Shown here: positions 27,828-37,158 of the stretch, piece after piece | How the letters are laid out: every line of letters begins with the position of its first letter | Position numbering within the stretch: position 1 is the first letter of the stretch | Virus record (IMG/VR): IMGVR_UViG_3300014208_000027 | Coordinates: 128,001 to 192,000 of that record | Reading direction: 5' to 3' (one strand) | Length of the DNA: 64,000 bases | DNA from: a virus | Taxonomy: Duplodnaviria; Caudoviricetes | The notes under the pieces: generated by a model | Told to the model about the DNA's origin: nothing | Seen by the model: only the letters and a program-made list of their open reading frames with translations | Databases searched by the model: none | Translations under genes and position numbers: made by a program

Positions 27828-29120
27828 TTGCGAAACTTAATAAAACTCAATATGATTGTTAAAAATGAGTCTGCCCGTATTCGTCAGACTTTAGAGTCTG
27901 TCCTTCCTTACATTGATTCATGGTGTATTGTCGATACTGGTTCAACTGATGATACGGTAGAAATAATTAAAAGTTGCCTTAGTAATGTCCCAGGCCATCT
28001 TATACGCCATCCTATTATTACTTATTTAGACACTGATTGTATTGATTATGCTGCTACTCGTAATATGGCGCTTGAATATGCTAGTAATAATTCTACCTTT
28101 ATTTTTTTAATGAGCGGTGATGAGATTCTACAAAATGGTGAATCCCTTAGAACGTTTTGTGAAGAGGCAAAAGAAAAAAAAGATTACGACGCTCATTATG
28201 TTCAGTTACTAGGCTCTTCTAGGGGCAGCTATGATCAAATAAGATTATTACGCTCTAACGCTAACCTTCGTTATACTTTTCCTACGCATGAATATATTTT
28301 TAACGCTAAGAATATTGGACAACGCATATTGAATGTAAGTATTAACTCTTTCTCAGAACCCTATGAAAAATCCTGTGAACGCTGGGAACGAGATATAAAA
28401 GTTCTCTACCGCTACATGCAAAATGTTCCTGGTAACTATTTAACTAAAGAATCTGAGGATTCTAATATCGGCGGGGGTCGTCGATTACACGGGTGGAGAC
28501 AAAATAAGACTTCTTTCCCCTTTAAAGAAGCATTGTCGGAGAAGCCCGAAGTTTCGAAAGAAACAACCCACCTAGCTCAGAACTATGATAGCGGAGATCG
28601 AAATAGGGCGATCTTTTATCTTGCGCAAAGTTATGAGTGTCTTGGTAATAATGATTTAGCATTTGAATATTATGAAAAGCGTTCAAAAATGGGTGGATGG
28701 TCTGAAGAAGTATATGAAGCTAAAAAAAGAATGGCTCAATGCGCTGATAGGTTAAAAATAGTATCTTCTAAAAAGTTTTCATGGGAAGAAGTAAAAGAAA
28801 TGTATTTAGAGACATACTCTTTTAGACCAGAACGATTAGAAGCCATATATGAAATAGCCAAGCACTATTACGATGAAAAGAATTTTTCGTTATGTTACTT
28901 GTACGCTTTAATAGGATTAGACTGTAAAGCGCCAGAGCAAGATGTTTTGTTTGTAGATAGAGAAGTCTATACTTGGAAACTTGCAGATTTAGTTTCTGCT
29001 TCTGCTTGGAACATAGGAAAGAAAGAAATTGGGTTAAAAGCAGCTAAAAAGGCGTATCGAGCAAATTCTGAAGATAAGCGACTGCAAGAAAATTATTATT
29101 TCTATCGGGACAACTCCTAA
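27828..29120 (+). CDS. GT2-family glycosyltransferase with C-terminal TPR repeats
   Basis: MIVKNE...IVDTGSTDDT, FLMSGDE, THEY; FYLAQSYE and RPERLEAIYEIAKHY TPR-like helices. Confidence 0.85.
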   Translation: MRNLIKLNMIVKNESARIRQTLESVLPYIDSWCIVDTGSTDDTVEIIKSCLSNVPGHLIRHPIITYLDTDCIDYAATRNMALEYASNNSTFIFLMSGDEILQNGESLRTFCEEAKEKKDYDAHYVQLLGSSRGSYDQIRLLRSNANLRYTFPTHEYIFNAKNIGQRILNVSINSFSEPYEKSCERWERDIKVLYRYMQNVPGNYLTKESEDSNIGGGRRLHGWRQNKTSFPFKEALSEKPEVSKETTHLAQNYDSGDRNRAIFYLAQSYECLGNNDLAFEYYEKRSKMGGWSEEVYEAKKRMAQCADRLKIVSSKKFSWEEVKEMYLETYSFRPERLEAIYEIAKHYYDEKNFSLCYLYALIGLDCKAPEQDVLFVDREVYTWKLADLVSASAWNIGKKEIGLKAAKKAYRANSEDKRLQENYYFYRDNS

Positions 29121-29132
29121 ACCATTCTTCAG

Positions 29133-29140
29133 ACTAATTA
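29133..29140 (+). promoter_or_regulatory. Putative late promoter ACTAATTA
   Basis: Upstream of the AAGGAG SD and ATG 29173. Confidence 0.55.
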
Positions 29141-29172
29141 TTTTTGGTTAAGTACAATCTAAGGAGCTATTC

Positions 29173-29598
29173 ATGGCAAATTGGCAAACACCACCCCAAC
29201 CTGGTTACGGAAATGTTGGGTCATATCAAATTTCAGGTATCCCATTTTTAACTGGTTCTGATGTTAATGGAACTGGAACAAATAATGGTGAAGTAAAGAT
29301 TTCTTTTCCGTATGTAGCTAGATCTATCACTGTTGTAAATACTGGATCTGTAGCTCTTTGGATACACTTTGATAGCCGTGCGAATACTGATGTTGTTACT
29401 TATAAACATTATGCTGTTGTGGCTAATAGTGGTGATGCCTGGGCATTTAACGTAAGGGTAAAAGAAATATATGTTTCTGCTGCCACTGCTGTAGCTGGTG
29501 GAGGTTTTTCATTAGGAGCAGAACTAACGCCAATTCCAGTACGAGATATTCCAGTTATGACTGGTTCTGGAATCAATAGCAAAGGCTTAGGATTTTAG
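29173..29598 (+). CDS. Putative virion structural protein
   Basis: PGYGNVGSYQISGIPF...ISFPYVARSITV, a jelly-roll-like pattern. Confidence 0.5.
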   Translation: MANWQTPPQPGYGNVGSYQISGIPFLTGSDVNGTGTNNGEVKISFPYVARSITVVNTGSVALWIHFDSRANTDVVTYKHYAVVANSGDAWAFNVRVKEIYVSAATAVAGGGFSLGAELTPIPVRDIPVMTGSGINSKGLGF

Positions 29599-29601
29599 CT
29601 T

Positions 29602-30408
29602 ATGAGTGGTTCACCATTTGGAGCACCTAGGTTTAAACAGAGTAGTAATGTTTTAAGTGGCGATGTTATTATTTCTGGCTCGTTAACTGTGTCTGGAAGT
29701 TTTAATGTTTCTGGTTCTTCTACTGGGTCGATGGCAGCAACTTTACCTGTTGCTGATAATGCTGTTGCCCGTTGGGATGGTACGAGTGGTTTAATCCTTC
29801 AAAATTCTCTAGTCGTCATTGATGATGTAGGAAATATTTCTGGTCCTACTGGCTCAATATCTGTTTTAGGAACTGCTTTAGATGGTGGTTCTGCTGTGGG
29901 TGTAATTTTAGGAAGTAGTGCAAGTTATATAACTTCTGGAGCAAAATTAGTTAGTATTCAAAATAGTGGATTGGAAAGAAACTATACTGATTATAGCGGA
30001 AGCCATACATATAATATTTCTAATTGGGGTGGTTATCTAAGGAATAATTATTTTAGTGAATTGGTTACATGTGCTACTGGAACACTCTGGACAACTGTTA
30101 ATGTAATTCCTGCTGGAGCATTAAATTTAGGGGTAGGGTTACGAGTAATTGATAGTTTTGCTACGGCATCAAAATTATATTTAGGCGTATTGTCTAGTTC
30201 CTACAACAAATGGGCTATTGGAATGGATAGTAACAGTACTGTAACAAATTTAACAAGTTCTATGGCATCTGGGTTAGAGTTTTACCAATCTAATCAAGCT
30301 ATAACGCTTAGTTCATCTGTGGGACAACAACAAAGTTTAACAACTACTGTAACAGGTAGTGTTCGAGTAGAGGCACGATATATTACTTTACTTCCACCTC
30401 AAAGTTAG
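29602..30408 (+). CDS. Putative tail fibre protein
   Basis: SGSLTVSGS and DNAVARWDGTSG..LQNSLVVIDD fibre motifs. Confidence 0.55.
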   Translation: MSGSPFGAPRFKQSSNVLSGDVIISGSLTVSGSFNVSGSSTGSMAATLPVADNAVARWDGTSGLILQNSLVVIDDVGNISGPTGSISVLGTALDGGSAVGVILGSSASYITSGAKLVSIQNSGLERNYTDYSGSHTYNISNWGGYLRNNYFSELVTCATGTLWTTVNVIPAGALNLGVGLRVIDSFATASKLYLGVLSSSYNKWAIGMDSNSTVTNLTSSMASGLEFYQSNQAITLSSSVGQQQSLTTTVTGSVRVEARYITLLPPQS

Positions 30409-30417
30409 GAAAAATAA

Positions 30418-32514
30418 ATGAAAATTAAAGGTGGTAAAAGTAAAGGTGGAATAATCGTACCAACACCTGACCCAACATTTTCATTATTTGATTTTGATAA
30501 TAATCCTAATGGAGTAGAAAATTTAGATCCTGCGTGGACAGTTAACGGACAAACTGTTTATCCAGCTTTAAGATATAATGCTGCCGATGCTACGCCAACC
30601 GGATGGAAGTCCTGGGGCTATGGTGGTCCATTGGCCGAAGCTGGGACTGGGGTATCTCCATCATATAATACGGGATCTCCATTCTTAGGGCAAAAAAATG
30701 ATGGAGTAAAATATAATGGCACTGGAACAAAATATCATTTAGGACAAGATGTTGTTCCAACGATTGGAACAAATGATATTATTATCGAATATGTTTTCAG
30801 AGCTACAAATGGTTCGGCGGGCGCGACCGTACCTGGATTGTTTGATTTGCGATTAAACACACTTACCCCTGGATTTACAGCTTACAAATCGGTAGGACAC
30901 CACATAAGTGTTTTATATGGAACCACTGCGAATGGATTATTACATTATTTTACTTCTCCTGCAGTCTCCCCTGTAGATGGTAGATATGCTTATGTTGTTT
31001 CTTGTATGGATAATAGTGAGGGAGGCTCTGTAACTAACGGAATAAGAGTTTGGTTAAATGGAGTTTTTTCTACGGCAACATACGCACTGCTTGGTGCTGG
31101 AACCGTGGGTTTAAGTTTTTCTGCTGGAGAGAAATTAAAAATTGGTTATGTTGTGAATGCCGGTTCTGTTACATCTGAAGAATCTATAATGTATTTTGCA
31201 ATGTGGAACAAGGCAGATTTATTTGCTGCTACGGGTGGGTCTTGGACCGAGATGGATACGTTTGTAGCAAAGAGGGCACAGAAACTTTTTGGGACATATC
31301 CGAATCAATCAAGAGGGACGCCTTCTTTAATTTCTCAAAGTACAAGGAACTCTCTTGCGCATTTCGGGAAAATAGAATCGGACGGTACAACAAAACTTTA
31401 TTCTGTTTCCAACAACTGGGCTAGAGTAGAGTCAAAAAAGAATGGAAGTAGCAGTTCTGTGGTTAAAGGTTTATTAATAGAGCCTGCAGTAACACAACGA
31501 ATTGCACAAAGTGAAGAATTCAGTAACGCCTCTTGGGCAAAAACAAGAAGCTCAATAGCTTCGACATCAATTGTTTGTCCTACTGGCTTTGCATCTACCT
31601 ATGTAACTTTGCATGAAGACGCTACGGCTGGTTCGACACACTTCGTAAGTCAATCTGCGGTACAGTTAATAACTGGAACACGACAGACAATAAGTGTTTT
31701 TGCAAAACCGATTAATAGAAATTGGATACAAATTGAAAATTTAATAAATCCGAATGCTTCTGCTTATTTTAATGTTTCAACGAAAACGGTTGGTACAACT
31801 TCAGGATGTGTAGCTGGAATTGATCCAACAGTATATACAAATGGATGGGTTAGAGCATATATATCTTTTGTTGCTACTGCCTTAACTGGTTCTGCTATTA
31901 GTTTTTATGTTGCTTCTGCCGATAACGTAAATTCTTTTGATGGATTAAATCAAGATTCTTTAGCCATTTGGGGTGCTCAATCTGAAGGTGGAACTGCTCA
32001 AATTTTTCCATCATCATACTTGTCTTCATCTGCGGCTGTTTCCCGTACCGCAGATACTTTTAGATATATTGGTAATGATGGCAATTTGAGTAGTTCTATT
32101 GGGACTGATGTTTCTTCTTCAGGTACAATAGAAGCAAATATTTTTCTTCCTAGTTTTGACCTTTTAAATAATGCGTATATTTGTGATTTAACTGGATCTG
32201 GAACGAATAGAGTTTCTTTATATCTTAACCCAACTGGAGATATCTTACAAGCCAGTTCAAGTTTAAATAGTATAAGTCAATATGATGTGAGTGGCTCTAC
32301 CGATATTGTAGATGGAAATATGCATAGCGTAAAACATGTTTATCAAGTTAACAATGCAAGTATTTTTGTTGATGGTGCGTTAGAAGGTTCTCCCGATACA
32401 TCTTGTTCTTCTTCTGTAAAATTAGATCGCATTGATATTGGTCAATCATCTGCTCAAACCAGCCAGTTAAACGGTCTTATTTCTAATTTCAAGATCTATG
32501 ATCGTATCAAGTAA
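30418..32514 (+). CDS. Tail fibre/adhesin with LamG-like domains
   Basis: GLLIEPAVT..I..SEEF..ASW and WGAQSEGG...SSY..S..AAVSRTAD motifs typical of phage fibre lectin domains. Confidence 0.65.
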   Translation: MKIKGGKSKGGIIVPTPDPTFSLFDFDNNPNGVENLDPAWTVNGQTVYPALRYNAADATPTGWKSWGYGGPLAEAGTGVSPSYNTGSPFLGQKNDGVKYNGTGTKYHLGQDVVPTIGTNDIIIEYVFRATNGSAGATVPGLFDLRLNTLTPGFTAYKSVGHHISVLYGTTANGLLHYFTSPAVSPVDGRYAYVVSCMDNSEGGSVTNGIRVWLNGVFSTATYALLGAGTVGLSFSAGEKLKIGYVVNAGSVTSEESIMYFAMWNKADLFAATGGSWTEMDTFVAKRAQKLFGTYPNQSRGTPSLISQSTRNSLAHFGKIESDGTTKLYSVSNNWARVESKKNGSSSSVVKGLLIEPAVTQRIAQSEEFSNASWAKTRSSIASTSIVCPTGFASTYVTLHEDATAGSTHFVSQSAVQLITGTRQTISVFAKPINRNWIQIENLINPNASAYFNVSTKTVGTTSGCVAGIDPTVYTNGWVRAYISFVATALTGSAISFYVASADNVNSFDGLNQDSLAIWGAQSEGGTAQIFPSSYLSSSAAVSRTADTFRYIGNDGNLSSSIGTDVSSSGTIEANIFLPSFDLLNNAYICDLTGSGTNRVSLYLNPTGDILQASSSLNSISQYDVSGSTDIVDGNMHSVKHVYQVNNASIFVDGALEGSPDTSCSSSVKLDRIDIGQSSAQTSQLNGLISNFKIYDRIK

Positions 32515-32567
32515 CCTGTACGGCAACAAAAAAATAAAACCTTTCTAGTACTTTCTTCTAAGTAATC

Positions 32568-32575
32568 ACTACTTA
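32568..32575 (+). promoter_or_regulatory. Putative late promoter ACTACTTA (scaffold-capsid operon)
   Basis: CTANTTA motif 41 nt before ATG 32617. Confidence 0.55.
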
Positions 32576-32616
32576 ATGGAGATACAAGTATTTTATCAGA
32601 TTTAGGAGAATAATAT

Positions 32617-34179
32617 ATGTCCGACCTTTTAGACAAAGCTATCGTGGATGCAAAGACTCTCAAAGAAGTTGCTACTCGAAACGCTGAGTCTCTTATAGTT
32701 GAAAAATACTCCAAGCAAATTAAAGAAGCTATTAATTTTATGTTGGAAAAAGATGACGAAGAATTAAATGGGGATATGGGAGGAATGCCGTCTGAACCTT
32801 CTCTAAGTGGTGATGATGGTGGAGCTATGAGTCCTGGTGGAAGTCCTGAAGGTATGGATGCTCCTCCTATGGATATGGGTTCTGATTCTTCACTATTAGG
32901 AGCTACATCATCTGAAACTAGCTTGGCCGATTCGCAAGTTCCTATGGCGGCCGGAACGAATGCTCCTGGTCAAGATGATATGGTGGAAATTGATTTTTCT
33001 GGTTTAGATAATCAAACAAGCGATGAACAAGGCTTAGAAGTTTCTCAATCTTTAGATATGGGCAATCCTTCTAGTGAAATACCTAATCCTCAAGAAATGC
33101 CTAACGAAATGCCTACTGATTCTACAACTGGTGACCTGCCTTTACCGGGCGAAGAAAAAAAGAATGTTCCTGTAACGGAAAATGAAAATGATGGAGTAAG
33201 AGATAATTTAGTTCGCAAATTACAATATCATGATGAAATGATGAAATACTATTTAGAAGCATCTAAAAAAATTCCTACGAAAAAGAATGCTTTTGGAATG
33301 AATGTTATTACTCCCGAAATTCAAGCACATAACGATGCTTATCGTGAGCATAAAAATGCAGCCGCAAAACTTGAAAATATTTTGACTGGGGATGGAGCAT
33401 ACGATTCTGAAGGTATACCAATAGAAGGTTCTGATGAGGATATTCTTTCTATTAAAGAAAATGATGTTGTGCCTTCTAATAGTCCTCCAGCCTGGAATGG
33501 TGGTGATACTGAACAAGATTTAACTTTAGAAGATATTGATGAAGGTCTTTTAAATGAACTTATGGAAGCATTTAAAGTAGGTTATGAGCCTGCTCTAGAT
33601 GGTTGGTTAGGTTCTAACCCTGTAGAAAAGCGAGAGTACGAGGATGGCACTAAAGCCGTTCAAGCTGCTCATGAGACTAGTGAGTCTGAAGAGGAAGAAA
33701 AAAAAGAAGATGAGAATGAGAGTTGGATGAAAGAAAGAGTAGAACTCCAAGAGTCACTTAAGAGAACTACTAATAAATCTAATAAAGTAGAAAAAGAATT
33801 AGCGGTACTACAAAAAGATAACAGGGAACTAAAAAATAATCTTAAAGTAGTATTAAACAAGTTAAATGAAAGCAATATAAGTAATGCAAAATTATTGTAT
33901 ACGAATCGTACTCTAGAAAACTCCTCACTGAATGAGCGACAAAAGAAAGTTTTTGTTGAACAGTTATCTAAAGTTGATTCTGTAGAACAAGCGAAGGTGA
34001 TTTATGAAACACTTAATTTAACGGGTCTTACTGGTAAATCTAGTAAGCCACAATCGCTAAATGAAATAGTTTCTAAACCTTCAATGACTTCTCTACTCAC
34101 GCGCCAACATGAAGAGAAGAAAATATCCGACCCTCTAAAGGACAGGATGAGAGTATTGGCAGGCATAGGCAAAAAATAA
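32617..34179 (+). CDS. Prohead core/scaffolding protein (T4 gp22-like)
   Basis: DLLDKAIVDAKTLKEVA, acidic linker, coiled coil, LNESNISNAKLLYTNRTL; directly upstream of the capsid gene. Confidence 0.8.
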   Translation: MSDLLDKAIVDAKTLKEVATRNAESLIVEKYSKQIKEAINFMLEKDDEELNGDMGGMPSEPSLSGDDGGAMSPGGSPEGMDAPPMDMGSDSSLLGATSSETSLADSQVPMAAGTNAPGQDDMVEIDFSGLDNQTSDEQGLEVSQSLDMGNPSSEIPNPQEMPNEMPTDSTTGDLPLPGEEKKNVPVTENENDGVRDNLVRKLQYHDEMMKYYLEASKKIPTKKNAFGMNVITPEIQAHNDAYREHKNAAAKLENILTGDGAYDSEGIPIEGSDEDILSIKENDVVPSNSPPAWNGGDTEQDLTLEDIDEGLLNELMEAFKVGYEPALDGWLGSNPVEKREYEDGTKAVQAAHETSESEEEEKKEDENESWMKERVELQESLKRTTNKSNKVEKELAVLQKDNRELKNNLKVVLNKLNESNISNAKLLYTNRTLENSSLNERQKKVFVEQLSKVDSVEQAKVIYETLNLTGLTGKSSKPQSLNEIVSKPSMTSLLTRQHEEKKISDPLKDRMRVLAGIGKK

Positions 34180-34216
34180 AAAACTGTTCTAAAAGAACAA
34201 AAGGAGAAGTACAATT

Positions 34217-35989
34217 ATGAGTTCCATCGTACAAAGATTAACAGAAGGCGTCATTAGTCGTGACGTTAAAGCAGAAGGTCAAGCCCTTCTAGCTAAGTGG
34301 GAAAAGACTGGTCTACTTGAAGGTCTTTCTAGTGACCATATGCGTAATGGTATGGCCATTCTACTTGAAAACCAAGCTAAACAATTACTGAAAGAAAGCA
34401 CTTCTATGTCTAATGGGGATGTGGAAGGATTTGCCGCAGTAGCATTCCCATTGGTCCGACGTGTATTCGGTAACTTGATTGCTAATGACCTCGTGTCTGT
34501 GCAACCAATGAGTCTACCTTCGGGTCTGATCTTCTTTCTTGACTTTACCTATAACGAAACTAAACGCGGCGCTGGTGCTGTTGCCAATGCTTCGCTCTAT
34601 GGGCAAGGCAAGGTTGGTTCGCAACTTACGGGCGGTGCCGATCTTACATCGCTTGATCTTACTAATGGTCTTCGAAATTCGGAATTAGGATTTTATTCGC
34701 TTAATAATGGTTATGCTAGCCCAACTGGTTCTGTTGCTGTTCAAATGACTCTCGTGGCTGCTCGTTCTGGTTCTGGTACTTGGTCGACTAACCAAAACGC
34801 AAACGCACTTCCTACTGAGTATTCTAATAAGCAAGATGGCCTTATTTTGGGGGATGTCGATCTTTCTGGTTCTTCCATTGTGTGTTACACTGTTCCCAAG
34901 GCATCTTATACTAATTTGAATACTGAGAATCTTATTGGTATTCATACAATTCTAACTGGTTCTCGGTCTGGTTGGGTGCTGGTTCGCCGCTTAACTCGTG
35001 ATTGCCCTGTTTCTGGTTCTAGCAAATTACTGTTGACCTACGCTACCAATAATTCGGGTAGTGTTGATACATCTAGTCTTGATGTTGGTACGGGTCTTTC
35101 TGGATCTACGCTTACTTTCACCTACCCACTTGCTGACGCTTTTACTGCTGGTGGCGCACTTGGGTCGACTCAAGGAACTTCGCCTTGGGGTCTTGAATTT
35201 AGTGGGAATGCAACAGGTCTTAATGTGGACATTCCTGAAATTGACATCAAGATTGACTCGGTTGCTGTAACTGCAATCACTAAGAAACTTAAGGCTGTTT
35301 GGACTCCCGAACTTGGTCAAGATCTTAACGCATATCACAATCTTGACGCTGAAGTAGAACTTACTTCTATTCTGTCTGAGCAAATTGCTCTTGAGATTGA
35401 TCAAGAAATCCTTAATGACCTCGTTAAGGGTGCTTCTGCTGGCACTTACTTCTGGAGTCGTCGGCCTGGTAAGTTTGTCAATCGACTGACTGGTGCTGAC
35501 GTGTCTGGTGGAACCAATCCTCCTGATTTCACTGGTAACGTATCAATGTGGTACGAGACCTTACTTGAGACGGTTAATGATGTGTCGGCTCAAATCCATC
35601 GTAAGGTACTTCGTGGTGGGGCAACCTTCATTGTTTGCTCTCCTGAAGTAGCTAACCTTCTTGAGTTCACTGCTGGTTTCCGTGCTAGCACTACTGCTGA
35701 TGAAGAGAAGGGTGAGGCTGGTGCTGTTAAGGTCGGATCGATTAACAAGAAATGGGATGTGTACGTTGACCCATACTTCGTCCGTAATCTAATCTTGGTA
35801 GGTCGTAAAGGTAGTAGCTTTTTGGAATCCGGATATGCGTTCTGCCCTTACGTTCCCCTACAAGTAACCCCTACAATCTTTAATCCAACTACCCTTGTCC
35901 CCACGAAAGGGGTCCTTACTCGCTACGCTAAACGCATGTATAGGTCCGATCTTTTTGGATTAGTTGTGGTGCTTGATTTACTAGGCTAA
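34217..35989 (+). CDS. gp23: Major capsid protein (T4 gp23-like)
   Basis: ILLENQ, AFPLVRRVF, VSVQPMSLPSGLIFFLDF, TKKLKAVWTPELGQDL, EQIALEIDQEI, PYVPL...KGVLTRY; strongly biased codon usage. Confidence 0.95.
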   Translation: MSSIVQRLTEGVISRDVKAEGQALLAKWEKTGLLEGLSSDHMRNGMAILLENQAKQLLKESTSMSNGDVEGFAAVAFPLVRRVFGNLIANDLVSVQPMSLPSGLIFFLDFTYNETKRGAGAVANASLYGQGKVGSQLTGGADLTSLDLTNGLRNSELGFYSLNNGYASPTGSVAVQMTLVAARSGSGTWSTNQNANALPTEYSNKQDGLILGDVDLSGSSIVCYTVPKASYTNLNTENLIGIHTILTGSRSGWVLVRRLTRDCPVSGSSKLLLTYATNNSGSVDTSSLDVGTGLSGSTLTFTYPLADAFTAGGALGSTQGTSPWGLEFSGNATGLNVDIPEIDIKIDSVAVTAITKKLKAVWTPELGQDLNAYHNLDAEVELTSILSEQIALEIDQEILNDLVKGASAGTYFWSRRPGKFVNRLTGADVSGGTNPPDFTGNVSMWYETLLETVNDVSAQIHRKVLRGGATFIVCSPEVANLLEFTAGFRASTTADEEKGEAGAVKVGSINKKWDVYVDPYFVRNLILVGRKGSSFLESGYAFCPYVPLQVTPTIFNPTTLVPTKGVLTRYAKRMYRSDLFGLVVVLDLLG

Positions 35990-36033
35990 TCTTTTTAGCA
36001 TAACTTCCCTCCTATTTGACTATTTAATCTAAT

Positions 36034-36051
36034 CCCCCTCGAAAGAGGGGG
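36034..36051 (+). terminator. Stable hairpin after the capsid gene
   Basis: CCCCCTC-GAAA-GAGGGGG; the U-tract is weak, so termination is probably leaky. Confidence 0.5.
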
Positions 36052-36109
36052 AACTCTTTATACTTGATCTTTTTGAAAATAGGGTATAAACTAAAAATAG
36101 GAGAGTTTT

Positions 36110-36865
36110 ATGCTCGAAAAAGTAGACGAAATTGTAGGTGTAACAAAAAAATGCCGTGTTTGTAATGAAGAGAAATTATTAAAAGAATTTCATGTAGATA
36201 AAAAAGCAAAATATGGAGTTAGGACTATTTGTAAAATTTGTGCAAATGAAAATTCTAAAAGAATTCGTGGAGAAGACGCGGAGAGAATTTCTAAGCAAAG
36301 AAAAGAACATTATGAATTAAATAAAGAAAGAATTTTGGAAGAACGGAAAGAGTACTATGAAGAAAATAGAGAAACAGTCAAAGAAAGAGTTTTGAGATAT
36401 TATCAAGATAATAAAGAAGTTGTTCTTCAAAAGAGCAAAAAATATCAAGAAGAACATAAGGAAGAAATGAAAACATATAGGAGAGAACATCGCTTGGAAA
36501 ATATAGAAGAATATAAGGCCAGAGATAAAAAATATAGTGAAGAAAATAAGGATCGCATTCGTGCTTATCGACAATCTCTTAAAGGAAAGTGGGTAGCTTA
36601 TCGTACTACAGCTAAACGTCGTAATCGCCCTTTCGAGTTAACTTTAGAACAATTTGCATCTTTTTGGCAGCAACCTTGTCATTATTGTGGATGTGATGTT
36701 CCTACAATTTGTCTTGATAGAGTTGATAGTTCTAAAGGTTATATTTTTGAAAATGTTGTTTCTAGTTGTTTAAACCATAATAGAATGAAGTTAGATCATA
36801 CGACAGAAGAATTTATACAACTTTGTCGCGATGTAGTTAATTTTCACGATAAGAAATCCCCTTGA
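36110..36865 (+). CDS. Free-standing His-Me/HNH-type endonuclease
   Basis: N-terminal KKCRVC...TICKIC Zn finger, charged helix, PCHYCG...LDRVDSSKGY..ENVVSSC..HNRMK; TTGATC-17-TAAACT at 36064-36092. Confidence 0.8.
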   Translation: MLEKVDEIVGVTKKCRVCNEEKLLKEFHVDKKAKYGVRTICKICANENSKRIRGEDAERISKQRKEHYELNKERILEERKEYYEENRETVKERVLRYYQDNKEVVLQKSKKYQEEHKEEMKTYRREHRLENIEEYKARDKKYSEENKDRIRAYRQSLKGKWVAYRTTAKRRNRPFELTLEQFASFWQQPCHYCGCDVPTICLDRVDSSKGYIFENVVSSCLNHNRMKLDHTTEEFIQLCRDVVNFHDKKSP

Positions 36866-36890
36866 CATCTTTTCTTTCCCCTGCTATACT
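36862..36890 (+). promoter_or_regulatory. Strong sigma70-type early promoter
   Basis: TTGACA-17 nt-TATACT with extended TG. Confidence 0.8.
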
Positions 36891-36908
36891 ATTTTTATAG
36901 GTGATTAA

Positions 36909-37145
36909 ATGTCTTTAAGTGAAATTCTTGAAAATTTGCAAGTTCGTAACGGTTCTTTATGTTTCCGACCTTTATATTGGAAAGGTTCAGGAACTTCGCT
37001 TATAGTTGGTCCAAAATTAAATATTTTTTACGCACCTGAAGGTGAATTCTGTAAGGTTTGGATTCCTAATTTAATTGATTTAATTAACGAAAAGTGGGAA
37101 ATTTGTTCTTTAATAGAAGTTATGAATGAAACAAATGTAGAATAA
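36909..37145 (+). CDS. Small hypothetical protein, paralog of 37542..37766
   Basis: FRPLYWKGSG...W.P.L.DL..KW.IC. Confidence 0.65.
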   Translation: MSLSEILENLQVRNGSLCFRPLYWKGSGTSLIVGPKLNIFYAPEGEFCKVWIPNLIDLINEKWEICSLIEVMNETNVE

Positions 37146-37158
37146 TTTTTTTCTTGCC

